From positions 4,467 through 68,466 of the IMG/VR virus record IMGVR_UViG_3300021389_001814: a stretch of DNA of 64,000 nt; one strand, written 5' to 3'. Origin of the DNA: a virus. Under the pieces are notes generated by a model, which was not told the origin of the DNA, ran no database searches, and worked only from the letters and a program-made list of their open reading frames with translations. Shown here in pieces: positions 47,525 to 58,330 of the stretch. The position numbers and the translations under genes were made by a program. Position 1 is the first letter of the stretch; each line of letters opens with the position of its first letter.

Positions 47525-50500
47525 TATTGTTCCCTCATAGTTACGCTCAAGCTTATATCACCACTTGCAGAAATGTCAGAAGCAGAAAATACATATGCGA
47601 TGTTATTTCTAAGACCTCTTGTTATATATTTTCTATCTGACCCAAATATATTATTCATATTAATTTTATTTACTATGTTTTGATCGGCAAAGGTAGTATA
47701 CACAGTTGTCCCCGGTCTTAATGGTTGTGTTGTTTGCGTGTCAAATCTTACATAGCTGTTCTCTCCAACGTCGTTGAAATTCGTTGGCGTAAGTGCAGAA
47801 GAAGAGTTTCCGCTATTAACCACATATGAAATTGGATTATCTAATTCATCAACGGAAACACTGCTGGTTATCCATGTTGGACTGTATGAATAATTCCCAG
47901 TCTGTATTAACTCTTCTATAACAATTCCATTTATTTTTGCATAATCATACATTCCGATAATAGGATACAGATATTGTGATTCAAATTTTAGGTTTTTCTG
48001 TTGTTTTTCAAATTTATAAGAAAATAAAGGATTTCCACTAGGGTCAGTAGAATTTAATAAAAAGTTACTTTCTAACGAAACAAGTTTAACTTGTATTTCT
48101 GTCCCATTTGAGATTGAACTAGTGTCACCAGAAACAAGATAATAATACTTTGTGACTTCTATTAAGTTTTCAACGACAGTTTCACTCTGTAATACAGATT
48201 CAACAATTATATCGGTTATTTGCCCATTGACGCCTATATTAATATATCCGACATCATTTTCTGATATACTTGGTGCCAGTCCAGAACTCTGAAAATACAA
48301 CCTAGTAAATGGCGAATCTGCCTGAACGTCGGTAACGGTATAATTTTCAATCTTTACTTCCCCATAAAGTTCAGAAATTTTTCCGGTGTCTGACCCATTG
48401 GGATTTGGCAATCTCGGATCAATATCGTATTTTGTCCCATATCCTGGTCCCCATTCTGTATATTCAGCACCATTTTTATTTAGATTTTCTGTATCATGAC
48501 TATAATGCATAGATATACGGTCGTTCATTATATCGTATTTTTCTTCATTTATTCCAAAACGAAGTTCATCACTTTCTACGCTAGTTTCGGGATCAACTAC
48601 GGTAACAATAGCTGGTTCCTTGTCAGTTACTGAAATTCTAAAATCGGAAAAATGTCTATTATTGTAGGAAGGATCGCGTGAAATCGGGTTTAGCCAATGT
48701 ATTTTAAATTTATTGCTTGATATTTTTTCAGGAGAAGCCAAAAGTGCATCATTGCCGCCAGTCAATCTTCCCGAAAATAGTTGCAAACTTGGGTCTAATT
48801 CAGTTCCATCAGTAAGTTGAACAAGGTCTCCCAACTCGCGTTCCACCTCTTGATAACGCAAATCGCCCTGTCTTGATTTTCTAAGGATACTTGCTTCTCC
48901 CGTAGTAACACTATTTTGATCAAGTTTTATATAACAATTATATAACCCATCTGATATTATTTTTTTATAATCGTCTTCTTCAGTAAAAGATTCAGGTGCT
49001 TGTATAGTAACACGGTCTCTTGTCTCATTTACTAAAAGAGTTACTTCTCTGCTTTTTGTATTTATCTGATTGTGCAAACTTGGATTATAACAATAATGTT
49101 GCCCACTTGGCGAACATATTATTTCTTTTAAGTTTATTTTTACAGGTTCAGTGGTTCTTATTTCTAAATCGTTTGGATATGATATTGACTTGTTTAAAAT
49201 AGGAAAGCCGTCACTATTATAAATGTATTCTTTTGGCATAAGCGCGATAATGCCAGTATCTGTGTCAAAAGTTTTTGTGTCAGATGAAACTGAATTTATT
49301 TTAAGTGTTCCTTCATCGCCGCCATCAATGTAATAAGATGCACCATATTTATAGATGTACATTGGCTCATTTACATATTGGGTATCACGAATATACATAG
49401 AATATTTAAACTTAAATTCTGGATTTTTCAAACATGGTTGTCCTAATCCGTTTTCAATTACTAGAGTGTGAATTAACACCCATCTTGCACCATCATTTCC
49501 AGTGGGAATATAAGCATAAAATTTTGCACCAATTGCGCCATACCAACCAAATTCAATCTTATACATAGTAACATTTTGATTATCGAGAATATACCCACTT
49601 GGCCCATTTCCGTCCAAGCTATCACCATTAAATCTACTTCGTGGTATATTTAACTCGTATAATGGTTGTGAATTGTTTAAATCATTTACATAAACAGATT
49701 TTTCTTCGCTTGCACTAAAACCCAATCTTTCTTCCATCCCAGGATTTCCATTGAACAAACTAATAGTGCTCCTACGAACGATGTTAAATTGTGAACCTTT
49801 TATTTGGAACATATACTGATCTGTATCGTTTGATGCGCCCCATTCTATAATATTACTAAGAGATTCTGTTGTTGTTTTTGCACGAACTCCAAAAGTAAAT
49901 CCACTGATTCTTCCTGGCTGATAACGATATGATTTTTGGCTTTGTAAAATACCATAGTAAGACGATATATTGCTTTGTCCAAGACGAGTAATATTGGCAG
50001 TTTCTAATATTCCCTGATACAAATCAATTCTAGAATTGAACCCACTAAACGGCGACACATATTCTTGATTTATTATATCGGTATATGTTTGTGTGAATCT
50101 TTCTATTTGGTCCATAGCATATTGGAAATTATCTTCATCGTATTTTACATCATAAAACAGAGTATCTCCAAAGAATCCATTAGAATTTAACCCATATTGG
50201 GATATGGGTATTTCCTGATCATTGCTGTCAACTATAGTAACAAAATCTCCTAAAAAGTTATTTTCTGCATATTTTTCATATCCATTTATAAAAAAATAAT
50301 TATATAGTAATTTTCCAATAGCAATAAATCTTATATATTCTACGAATGTATTTTCATTATATCTTCCAACACCTCCCCATTTTGGACCAAATGGGAATGA
50401 ATATTGAACTGGATATGCACGGAACGCCAGTGCCTGTTCTTCAGTATATTCCTTAAATTCGACGCCTGTTCTTTCCCCATGTATCGGATTTACTCTATTA

Positions 50501-50895
50501 TACCATTCTGAAGGATAATATAGAGGAGAATTAAAAGTATAATAATCCCAATCATCTGTGTTTATTCCATAGGTAGAAACATCGCTAAACAAACTTAACT
50601 GTAACTCTGCACGAGGAACGCCTAGAATTGAGGAACTGACTTCGCTAGTAATTGCAAACTGTTCTTCAACTGCCAAATTATTTATATTAGCAAAATCACT
50701 TCCATTGTTTATATGAACGGGGGCAGAACTATCCTCACTAAGAAAAACAAAGCTTTCACTTTGTTCGTTAGTGTAAAGTATGTTTCCAGCATTATCACGC
50801 AATGGTGTTCCGCTATTAATATCGTATAGCGGAACAAAACTTTTTTGTAATGGCGCTGGGACTTTATCAAATCCCAGTTTGATTTGTTTACTCAT
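47524..50895 (-). CDS. Large virion structural protein (paralogue of 50897)
   Basis: SEV.SSILGVPRAE..L.LF.DV.TY, YRYQPGR, YKIEFGWYGA, KYGASYYIDGGD. Confidence 0.8.
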   Translation of the reverse strand: MSKQIKLGFDKVPAPLQKSFVPLYDINSGTPLRDNAGNILYTNEQSESFVFLSEDSSAPVHINNGSDFANINNLAVEEQFAITSEVSSSILGVPRAELQLSLFSDVSTYGINTDDWDYYTFNSPLYYPSEWYNRVNPIHGERTGVEFKEYTEEQALAFRAYPVQYSFPFGPKWGGVGRYNENTFVEYIRFIAIGKLLYNYFFINGYEKYAENNFLGDFVTIVDSNDQEIPISQYGLNSNGFFGDTLFYDVKYDEDNFQYAMDQIERFTQTYTDIINQEYVSPFSGFNSRIDLYQGILETANITRLGQSNISSYYGILQSQKSYRYQPGRISGFTFGVRAKTTTESLSNIIEWGASNDTDQYMFQIKGSQFNIVRRSTISLFNGNPGMEERLGFSASEEKSVYVNDLNNSQPLYELNIPRSRFNGDSLDGNGPSGYILDNQNVTMYKIEFGWYGAIGAKFYAYIPTGNDGARWVLIHTLVIENGLGQPCLKNPEFKFKYSMYIRDTQYVNEPMYIYKYGASYYIDGGDEGTLKINSVSSDTKTFDTDTGIIALMPKEYIYNSDGFPILNKSISYPNDLEIRTTEPVKINLKEIICSPSGQHYCYNPSLHNQINTKSREVTLLVNETRDRVTIQAPESFTEEDDYKKIISDGLYNCYIKLDQNSVTTGEASILRKSRQGDLRYQEVERELGDLVQLTDGTELDPSLQLFSGRLTGGNDALLASPEKISSNKFKIHWLNPISRDPSYNNRHFSDFRISVTDKEPAIVTVVDPETSVESDELRFGINEEKYDIMNDRISMHYSHDTENLNKNGAEYTEWGPGYGTKYDIDPRLPNPNGSDTGKISELYGEVKIENYTVTDVQADSPFTRLYFQSSGLAPSISENDVGYINIGVNGQITDIIVESVLQSETVVENLIEVTKYYYLVSGDTSSISNGTEIQVKLVSLESNFLLNSTDPSGNPLFSYKFEKQQKNLKFESQYLYPIIGMYDYAKINGIVIEELIQTGNYSYSPTWITSSVSVDELDNPISYVVNSGNSSSALTPTNFNDVGENSYVRFDTQTTQPLRPGTTVYTTFADQNIVNKINMNNIFGSDRKYITRGLRNNIAYVFSASDISASGDISLSVTMREQ

Positions 50896-50896
50896 A

Positions 50897-53800
50897 TTAC
50901 TGCTCTTCCCAAGTAGTTCCTATTCCAATAGTCCCGCTGCTGGCGATACTTGACAGATTTATTTCATCATCACTATCTACTGCATAATAAAGAGTTTCTG
51001 CAACATTTGTCAGAGGATACGACAGATATTCTTTATTATAATCAAAATAAGAAGCCAAGTCCATATGCTCTGTTCCTGGTTGTATATAAAGTGTAGCAAT
51101 AATAGAACCAGTGTTTGGGATAGGGACTTGGGAATCTGTTGAAATAACAACAGAACTCAATCCTTCTTTTTCTTCTGTTATTTTTGTTGTTCCAGATAGA
51201 TCGGTTCCAATTGGGTCAAATCGTTTATCTGCCAAGAAATCACCAGTTATAATAACAGTTCCATTGTATGTTTCTTTCAACTCAAAATAATAATCATTTC
51301 CAAGTTTATAAATTTTTCCAAATACAGTTATAGATTCTGTTTCTCCAAGAGTCGCGCGGAACCACCCATATATTTCTTCTCCATCTGCTAGATATGTTGA
51401 AGAAGATGTGTCTAGTACATTTCTTTCAGATGTAATTGTGAAATCACTATCAAGAGTAAATGTTCCAGTTGGGACTACGTTCGTTTGGAATATAGGAGTT
51501 TTCTTCATTCTTAGACGGAATGGATCACTGCTTCCAATATTAATAGTTGACAATTTGGTAGGATAAACCTGAACACGATTTCTTACTTTTTGTCCCTGTT
51601 TACTTACTATTTCTTCTTTTGTTTCTATTCCGTAAACAGTGTTCGCTCTATCTGGTATAAGTCTTATATTTACAGTATCGCTTGGCTGTCTTGATAGATA
51701 CAGTTTCGTGGCATCTGCAAAAATAACACGTATATTTTGGTCTGTTCTATTATTCGTTTTTATTTTTGAATTCATAAAGAATGTATTATCTGGAAAATTT
51801 GCTATTCCAGATGTATCAATCGAATTATCAACGGAGCTAAATGTTCCGGCAGATGCGTCAAAAATTCTACCATACACTTCGGCAAGTTCGTCATTGTTGT
51901 GACTATAAAGTCTTACGGTTCCACGGTCTCCGCCGTCAATATAATAAGATGCGCCATACTTAACAATATAGTGACTGTCATTTCCATAACCGTAGTTTTC
52001 AGTTTCTGCGTCGCCATATGACAATTCATCCCCGCCGCCATAAACATTATATGTTATTGGAAGGGTAGCATTCCCAAGTGATGATATTTTTAATTGATTT
52101 GATGCTCGTAAATGATGAACACGAACCCATCTTGCCTCTCCATTACTTACAGGAACATATGCCAAGAACAATGCACCAACCGCGCCATACCAACTAAATT
52201 CAATTTTAAGCATGGTGACTTTTGTAAAGTCAAAATCATAAGCACTAGTAGTCGTTTCTTGTGTTCCCAATTCGTTAAGGACAGGCTGCCCAGGTCTAAC
52301 TTTGCCACTTGTTCCTACGGCAACATCGCTATACACTAATTTATTTTCTTCACCATTTAACTGGTCAGTGCTGAATCTACTTCTTGGTACACGATATTCG
52401 TATACGCCGTAATATTCTGGTTTTACATTATTTTTTATCCAGTTTATATATTCTGGAACAAAGTTTACGCTATCTATCTGTGCAGCAAGTGTGATTGCAT
52501 TTTCCGAAGTAGATGTATCAATTGCAGTATCAATAAACCCTATATGCTGGTCTTCTGTTGATTTTGGTAGTATACCAGTTTCACTATACATATACGGGAA
52601 CATAGCGCCCGCTGGATAAGGGTCTCCGTCTGGATACGAACCATTTGCAATATAAGTAGTAGGGTCATAATCTTTGGGGAATACAAACGGGTTAACCAAT
52701 TGAAAACTTACTTCTTGTGTGCTACTATGCGTTAAAACGTTTCCATCTTCATCTTCTAGGTCAAATACTGTTCCGCGATTATCATAAATTGTGCCAACTT
52801 TATATAATCCACCATCTTGCAAATCTACACTTAATTGTGCTCCACCGTTTTCTGTGAATAATTTTATATGTTGACCGAACGTAACAGTTCCGCTTGTTAA
52901 TTTAAATCGGTTTGATGCTTGTGCAAATCCTTTTATTCTTACTTTTTCTTTTAAAAGGGAAGGGTCAAACACAGCAGCATGAACGAGAAGTAGGCCATCA
53001 CGTAACAGTATTGCGTTTCCAGCAATTCCTCTATCCCCGTAAATTGTGTTATTCGTGTCTTCAACGCTAAAATTGTTTATTATAAGGTTGGCGAGTGATA
53101 AGAATTTTGTCTCAATTGTAGCACTTACCGTTCCAATAAAATAAGTATCATTCAAGTCTGTTTGAATTTTATCTCTTAGGTGCGTATGGCGAGAAATTTC
53201 TGCTGGCAATCCGCCTTCTAACTGACTGTAGACAGTTAGATCATTTGAACTGTTTGTATTATAGAACATACTTGCATTGTATTTTGTCGCAGCATTTCCG
53301 CCACTAATTATGTCGTCACGGTAGCCTTCGCAAACATATACCATATCGCGAATACATTTGTCTTTAATTACCTGAATTCTTTCATCGGCAGTAGAACCAT
53401 ACGGATATGATGCTCCTGGGTCCGTGTATGTCAATACTAAACCACCATCGTCGTATTCGTTAACATAATATGCCCAGTAATATTTTCTACTATCAAAAAC
53501 AGTATCCAACCGAGATTTTGTTCCAAAAGCGGTAGGTGCTGGATAACTTACGCTCGTGTCAATACTATTAAAGAATGTTATAGTTATATCTATTAGGTCA
53601 GAAAGTTTGCTGACACCACTTGCAGCCATATCTGCAAAGTTAGTATATCCTCCATCAACAATTGCTTTCATTTTGGTATACATATAGTGTTCAAACTTGC
53701 CTTTTGCATTTGCCACAGCTTCACTAGTTTCAAAATTTCTAGTATTAAAACTTGTATGACCATCACTGTTATATAGCATGTCAAGCAAATAAACTTCAAT

Positions 53801-54751
53801 CCAATAATTAACATCGCGAGGACATTTTGCGGTTACTGTGTCTATTTGTGTTTGTGTTGGTGTTCCGCCATAAACAACCGTAGCAAAGTCGGTATAGAAA
53901 TCCCCAGAATACGTATATCCTGCCCCAAACGCTGGGTCTGCCGCAGCATAATCAGTTTCTACAGTAGAGATAACTTCGTCAATAAATTCAAAACGATATG
54001 CTTCTAATATTGATTTATCTTTTAGATATAATGTACTCGCTGATATGTTAGTATTTGGTGCTTTTCCTGATATACGATAATCATCTAACTGGTCCACGGT
54101 TATTACATCGGTTTGTGCATTTACATCACTTCCGCGTAGTGTAGTTCCAGAAACTCCAAAAGTGCTGGCAGGGGATTTATACAGGCTTTGTGTTCTACGA
54201 ACAGTAGTAAAATTATCGTCTTCACCACTTTGACGAGTTTCCCAATAATAACCATCATAGTTATCGTAAATTCCATATTTTCTTATTACTGGATTTTTTG
54301 CAAATGCAAGCCGACTAACGGTTGATTTGATGCCAAATGTTGCGGCGCTGACACGACCGGGCTGATACCTAAAGAATCTTTTTGATGTTAGAATACTATT
54401 TTCATTTCTAGGTGCGTCAATTCTTGCACCAGCTTCTTCTGGAATATGCTTAATTCCAAATCCTTCAACATAATTGCTTGGATTAGTTGACCATTCGCTT
54501 GGATTTACATCATATGTATTAACGTCTGCAAAAATGCCCAATGCAACCTCTGCACGAGGAATTCCTAATAGTGATAATGCAACCTCACTTTGAATTTTGT
54601 TTTGTTCAACAACTGGTATGGCATTTTCTGGTTGGTTAGAAACATAGACCGGAATAGATTTTTCTGGCGGTTGTTTGCCAGGTTTAACTGGTGTAGTTCT
54701 TCCTACACTTACAACACTGCTGTTGTTATTGATGTTAGTTATACTGCTCAT
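50897..54751 (-). CDS. Large virion structural protein with CxRD helical insert
   Basis: SEVALSLLGIPRAE, FRYQPGR, KIEFSWYGA, KYGASYYIDGGD; KCPRD/KCIRD repeats. Confidence 0.8.
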   Translation of the reverse strand: MSSITNINNNSSVVSVGRTTPVKPGKQPPEKSIPVYVSNQPENAIPVVEQNKIQSEVALSLLGIPRAEVALGIFADVNTYDVNPSEWSTNPSNYVEGFGIKHIPEEAGARIDAPRNENSILTSKRFFRYQPGRVSAATFGIKSTVSRLAFAKNPVIRKYGIYDNYDGYYWETRQSGEDDNFTTVRRTQSLYKSPASTFGVSGTTLRGSDVNAQTDVITVDQLDDYRISGKAPNTNISASTLYLKDKSILEAYRFEFIDEVISTVETDYAAADPAFGAGYTYSGDFYTDFATVVYGGTPTQTQIDTVTAKCPRDVNYWIEVYLLDMLYNSDGHTSFNTRNFETSEAVANAKGKFEHYMYTKMKAIVDGGYTNFADMAASGVSKLSDLIDITITFFNSIDTSVSYPAPTAFGTKSRLDTVFDSRKYYWAYYVNEYDDGGLVLTYTDPGASYPYGSTADERIQVIKDKCIRDMVYVCEGYRDDIISGGNAATKYNASMFYNTNSSNDLTVYSQLEGGLPAEISRHTHLRDKIQTDLNDTYFIGTVSATIETKFLSLANLIINNFSVEDTNNTIYGDRGIAGNAILLRDGLLLVHAAVFDPSLLKEKVRIKGFAQASNRFKLTSGTVTFGQHIKLFTENGGAQLSVDLQDGGLYKVGTIYDNRGTVFDLEDEDGNVLTHSSTQEVSFQLVNPFVFPKDYDPTTYIANGSYPDGDPYPAGAMFPYMYSETGILPKSTEDQHIGFIDTAIDTSTSENAITLAAQIDSVNFVPEYINWIKNNVKPEYYGVYEYRVPRSRFSTDQLNGEENKLVYSDVAVGTSGKVRPGQPVLNELGTQETTTSAYDFDFTKVTMLKIEFSWYGAVGALFLAYVPVSNGEARWVRVHHLRASNQLKISSLGNATLPITYNVYGGGDELSYGDAETENYGYGNDSHYIVKYGASYYIDGGDRGTVRLYSHNNDELAEVYGRIFDASAGTFSSVDNSIDTSGIANFPDNTFFMNSKIKTNNRTDQNIRVIFADATKLYLSRQPSDTVNIRLIPDRANTVYGIETKEEIVSKQGQKVRNRVQVYPTKLSTINIGSSDPFRLRMKKTPIFQTNVVPTGTFTLDSDFTITSERNVLDTSSSTYLADGEEIYGWFRATLGETESITVFGKIYKLGNDYYFELKETYNGTVIITGDFLADKRFDPIGTDLSGTTKITEEKEGLSSVVISTDSQVPIPNTGSIIATLYIQPGTEHMDLASYFDYNKEYLSYPLTNVAETLYYAVDSDDEINLSSIASSGTIGIGTTWEEQ

Positions 54752-56952
54752 AATACAAATCCTTTAGCCATTATAAATTTATTTATTATAGTTATATTTC
54801 CGAGAGATTCGGTATTTTGTCCTATGCTGACAATATTACCCTCATATCTTATAACTACTTCTGTTAGTCCTGCGGTCGTACTTAGTGAATATATCTCACC
54901 GATTTCACTAACGCCACTATCGAGTTGGAAGCCATCGTGGCCTTCAATTAATACGGGTGCACCCACATAAAGGTATCTTGCATCTTGAACAAGTATTTTA
55001 TAATCATATTGCTGCGTTTGTATTTCTCCTGCTACTGACCCAAGTGGTATTATAGTCCCTGCGGGGACATATTCCTCTAATAATGCACGGTAAACGATGC
55101 CTTCGTGATTTCCATTTACTTGTCTCATATCAGTTACAGAATAATCATTAATAATAGAATTTACACTCAATTGAGGTATTGCAAATTTGAAATCACCTTC
55201 TTCTGGAATTACTTCAGAATCTATTACATTGCTTATAGTAATATCTGTCAATTGCTCATACAGTCGTTCTATACCATCACTTGTTTTTTCAAGTTTCCAT
55301 ACATCATATTGAACATTATTTCTTTCATGCGAAACAATATCAAATGGCTCACCGTTTTCGCTATATGACATAACACTGCTTTGAAATGGTGTGTTATTTT
55401 CTAGTATTATGTTTACACTATCATATTCGCTATTAAGTATATCTGGGTTAGGCAATAATTCATCTGCTGGACCCATTAAAACATTTGGAGACGATATAAA
55501 AAATCTGCTACCATAAATGTATACTCCGGTCCCACAATTTTCTATTATATTATTCAATACTACACCTTTGTAACTTAAACTAAAATTTAAGTAGTTTGAA
55601 AAATTATTAAATCCGTTTCCACTTACAATAATATCGGTTGAATTATTTGCCACAATAGGACTAAAGTCATATCGGTCACTTAGTGCACTATCACGTATTT
55701 CACTGTCTGTTATTTTGAATCTATTTGAATATGGTGCATAAACCCCACCGCCGATTACATTATATATTCTATTTTTATTCAGAACACATTGGTTACTTTC
55801 AAACCCTAAATTAACCGCGTAATTCATTTGTTCAGAAGATTCGTCTGATGCCAAAACTTGTTCTAGCATGTTTCCGTCTATGTCAAAATCTATCAACGAT
55901 ACTTTTGGATTGTTTGCAGTAGTATCACAATTAAGCATTATATTATCTACTGTTCCATCACGATAAACACTCCATGGAAGTTTTTTTAATTTTGATAGAT
56001 TTGGGACACCGCTTATTGCGAAATCATCTGGTATTACAAGGCCAGATACCGCATAAGTTTTTCCACCAAGATTTAGATTTTTTAGATTATAATCGTTATA
56101 TAACGTATCTATTCTAGTTTGTAATAGCTCGGTGTCATCGTGAGATATATTAACAACCAAATTTCCAGTATCTGCCACAATGTCTTCTGTTAAAAAGATG
56201 GTGTTACCAATATAATCAACTGCTTCTATGGTTGCATCCGTCCATCCTTTTTTCGGACTAGTGGGTGGAGTTGTGGGGACATGCACAATGCTATCAGGAT
56301 AAGTATTATCTCCTATATTTTTCCCAGACCATGCGGTATAATCAAAAGTGTAGTAATCAATATAAGATTGTTGATAATCTTTTGGACCAAGAACCGCACA
56401 AAGTTTATAGTTACTGGCATCGCCAACACTTCTGTAAACAAGAATTGCATTATTTTCGTTTGGGGTATTTGTGAATGTAAGCTTTATAAATCTTTCAACA
56501 GAAAATTCATCAATTGGAAATAAAACATTAATGCTATATGCGCCGCTTGATTGTGATATTAGACCATTAGTTAAATCAAAATCTGCTATCTTATAATAAA
56601 ATGACGTAGAACTAAATGGGTCATCTAGTGTGCTTGGTGGGGAATATAACTGGATTGTAGTATTTGGTGTATCTAGCGTTTGACTAAATCCTTGCGGAGA
56701 TGCATTATAAATTCTAATTTTATCACCACTATTAAAATTGTTAACAAATTCAACATTTTCTAGCGTTTTTGAAAGAGAACCAGTTAAATCAGTAAAGATA
56801 GCACTACACTTAGTTATACTATCATTCTGAGGGGGTTGTCCAACAAATCCGCTTACGAGCAAGTCACCGTTAACTTGCATATTACCAGTAGATTCAATAT
56901 CACCATCAACGAATAAATCTTGGCTTAATCTGGTCTGATTATTATTAGCCAT
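54748..56952 (-). CDS. Virion protein with right-handed beta-helix region
   Basis: DDTELLQ..ID, IDGN, NIIENCGTGVYIYGS parallel beta-helix-like repeats; AGGAG RBS. Confidence 0.7.
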   Translation of the reverse strand: MANNNQTRLSQDLFVDGDIESTGNMQVNGDLLVSGFVGQPPQNDSITKCSAIFTDLTGSLSKTLENVEFVNNFNSGDKIRIYNASPQGFSQTLDTPNTTIQLYSPPSTLDDPFSSTSFYYKIADFDLTNGLISQSSGAYSINVLFPIDEFSVERFIKLTFTNTPNENNAILVYRSVGDASNYKLCAVLGPKDYQQSYIDYYTFDYTAWSGKNIGDNTYPDSIVHVPTTPPTSPKKGWTDATIEAVDYIGNTIFLTEDIVADTGNLVVNISHDDTELLQTRIDTLYNDYNLKNLNLGGKTYAVSGLVIPDDFAISGVPNLSKLKKLPWSVYRDGTVDNIMLNCDTTANNPKVSLIDFDIDGNMLEQVLASDESSEQMNYAVNLGFESNQCVLNKNRIYNVIGGGVYAPYSNRFKITDSEIRDSALSDRYDFSPIVANNSTDIIVSGNGFNNFSNYLNFSLSYKGVVLNNIIENCGTGVYIYGSRFFISSPNVLMGPADELLPNPDILNSEYDSVNIILENNTPFQSSVMSYSENGEPFDIVSHERNNVQYDVWKLEKTSDGIERLYEQLTDITISNVIDSEVIPEEGDFKFAIPQLSVNSIINDYSVTDMRQVNGNHEGIVYRALLEEYVPAGTIIPLGSVAGEIQTQQYDYKILVQDARYLYVGAPVLIEGHDGFQLDSGVSEIGEIYSLSTTAGLTEVVIRYEGNIVSIGQNTESLGNITIINKFIMAKGFVL

Positions 56953-56976
56953 TGCGAAACTCCTATATTATTATAG

Positions 56977-56984
56977 TATTTATA
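56977..56984 (-). promoter_or_regulatory. T4-type late promoter
   Basis: TATAAATA upstream of 56952. Confidence 0.65.
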
Positions 56985-56986
56985 AT

Positions 56987-57046
56987 TTAAGGAGCAGTGT
57001 ATTCAAATACTAGATTTCCACAATCCCAGTATCTACGATAAGTCAT
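56987..57046 (-). pseudogene. 19-aa remnant resembling the C-terminus of a Hef-like phage homing endonuclease
   Basis: Hand translation MTYRRYWDCGNLVFEYTAP*; the YxRxWDCGN motif is recalled as the C-terminal end of this family. Confidence 0.55.
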
Positions 57047-57051
57047 AGGCA

Positions 57052-57082
57052 TATTTATATCACAGAAGGAACTCTATGTCAA
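57052..57082 (-). promoter_or_regulatory. Overlapping sigma70 and late promoter
   Basis: TTGACA (57082-57077)-17 nt-TATAAA(TA) with extended -10 TG. Confidence 0.65.
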
Positions 57083-57090
57083 CGATTTAT

Positions 57091-57118
57091 AAAAGAAAAA
57101 CGGCCCGAAGGCCGTTTT
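57091..57118 (-). terminator. Intrinsic terminator after gp23
   Basis: AAAACGGCC-TTCG-GGCCGTTTTTCTTTT with C(UUCG)G tetraloop. Confidence 0.9.
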
Positions 57119-57144
57119 CCACTATCTTTGCTGTGTCTTCTCTA

Positions 57145-58311
57145 TTAGGAGAATGATAGATTTGCAGTAGTAACTTCAATCTTGTTTAGGTAGTCAGCAG
57201 CGTTGCCAAGTGAGCTTGCGCTGTTTGACAATTCAACATAACCGTAACGAGTCATGAAACCAACAACTGGTTCTAGAGTATTTGGATCAAGAACAGTTCC
57301 GGTGCTCATTAGAGGAACATATGGGCAGTAGAATGCAGCCGCATCGCTTTCGCTCTGACCTTTATAACCAACTAGAATATCATCGTTAGTTGCATACTGG
57401 TTTACATAAACTTTCATAGTGTTGTTTAGAGTTCCAACTAGCTTAGTGTTCGTTGGAGCTTCAAATGCACCTTCAGTAGTTCTTGCAAATGCACTAGTCG
57501 TTGCAGACTGTAGAACAGTTAGGATGCTTGGACTAACAACTATCCAGTTACCAGCACCACGGCGCGTTCTTGCCGCGATGTCGTTTGCTGCTTTGTTGAT
57601 GATAACCGCAAGTGCAGCATGTTCGTCACCAACGAAAGTTGCAGTTCCGCTAACAGCACCTTGGTCAAAGGTATACGCGGAGCCACCAGCTAGGCTTGAA
57701 AGTGATGCAAGAATTTCTTGGTCAATTTCAGTAGTGATTTCTTGTGCAAGAGCAGCCATGATTTCTGCTTCAACATCGATTCCGTGCATCGCTTGTGCGT
57801 CTTGCGCGGATTCAAAAGTCCAACGTGCGCTCAACTTACGTGATTTTGCTTCAACCGTCTGCTTAACGATCTGGATGTTCAACTTGCGACCAACCTGACC
57901 TTCAAGGGTACTAGTAGATGACGGTTTTCCGTTAGGGAAGGACGCGCCATTTCCTGAATAACCATTTGCAATTGCGAATGGACTTAGTGCTTCCTGACCA
58001 GCAGTAACACCAGCAGCACTTTCTGCATAGCGAACACGTAGAGTGTGAATTTGTCCAACGGGACCAGTCATTGGTTGAACACCAATTAGTTCGTTGGCAA
58101 TAACAGTTGGCATAACACGACGAATAACAGGTAGAATTACCTTGTTTAGTGTCGCGATGTTACCTGCCATAGTTGCGCCTGCAGTTGCGCTTTCAGTTAG
58201 GTTTCTTCTTGTATTTTCCAATACAGATTCCATAACTACTTTTTTATTTCCTGTCAGCCCGTCAGTTAGTGCTTCTTTAGTAGCTGACCAATGTTCAAAT
58301 AGGTTTGCCAT
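57145..58311 (-). CDS. gp23: Major capsid protein, T4 gp23-like
   Basis: GVQPMTGPVGQI, KSRKLSARWTFE.AQD, EIDQEI, FYCPYVPL, FMTRYG. Confidence 0.97.
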   Translation of the reverse strand: MANLFEHWSATKEALTDGLTGNKKVVMESVLENTRRNLTESATAGATMAGNIATLNKVILPVIRRVMPTVIANELIGVQPMTGPVGQIHTLRVRYAESAAGVTAGQEALSPFAIANGYSGNGASFPNGKPSSTSTLEGQVGRKLNIQIVKQTVEAKSRKLSARWTFESAQDAQAMHGIDVEAEIMAALAQEITTEIDQEILASLSSLAGGSAYTFDQGAVSGTATFVGDEHAALAVIINKAANDIAARTRRGAGNWIVVSPSILTVLQSATTSAFARTTEGAFEAPTNTKLVGTLNNTMKVYVNQYATNDDILVGYKGQSESDAAAFYCPYVPLMSTGTVLDPNTLEPVVGFMTRYGYVELSNSASSLGNAADYLNKIEVTTANLSFS

Positions 58312-58330
58312 TTTTATATCTCCTTAGCGT

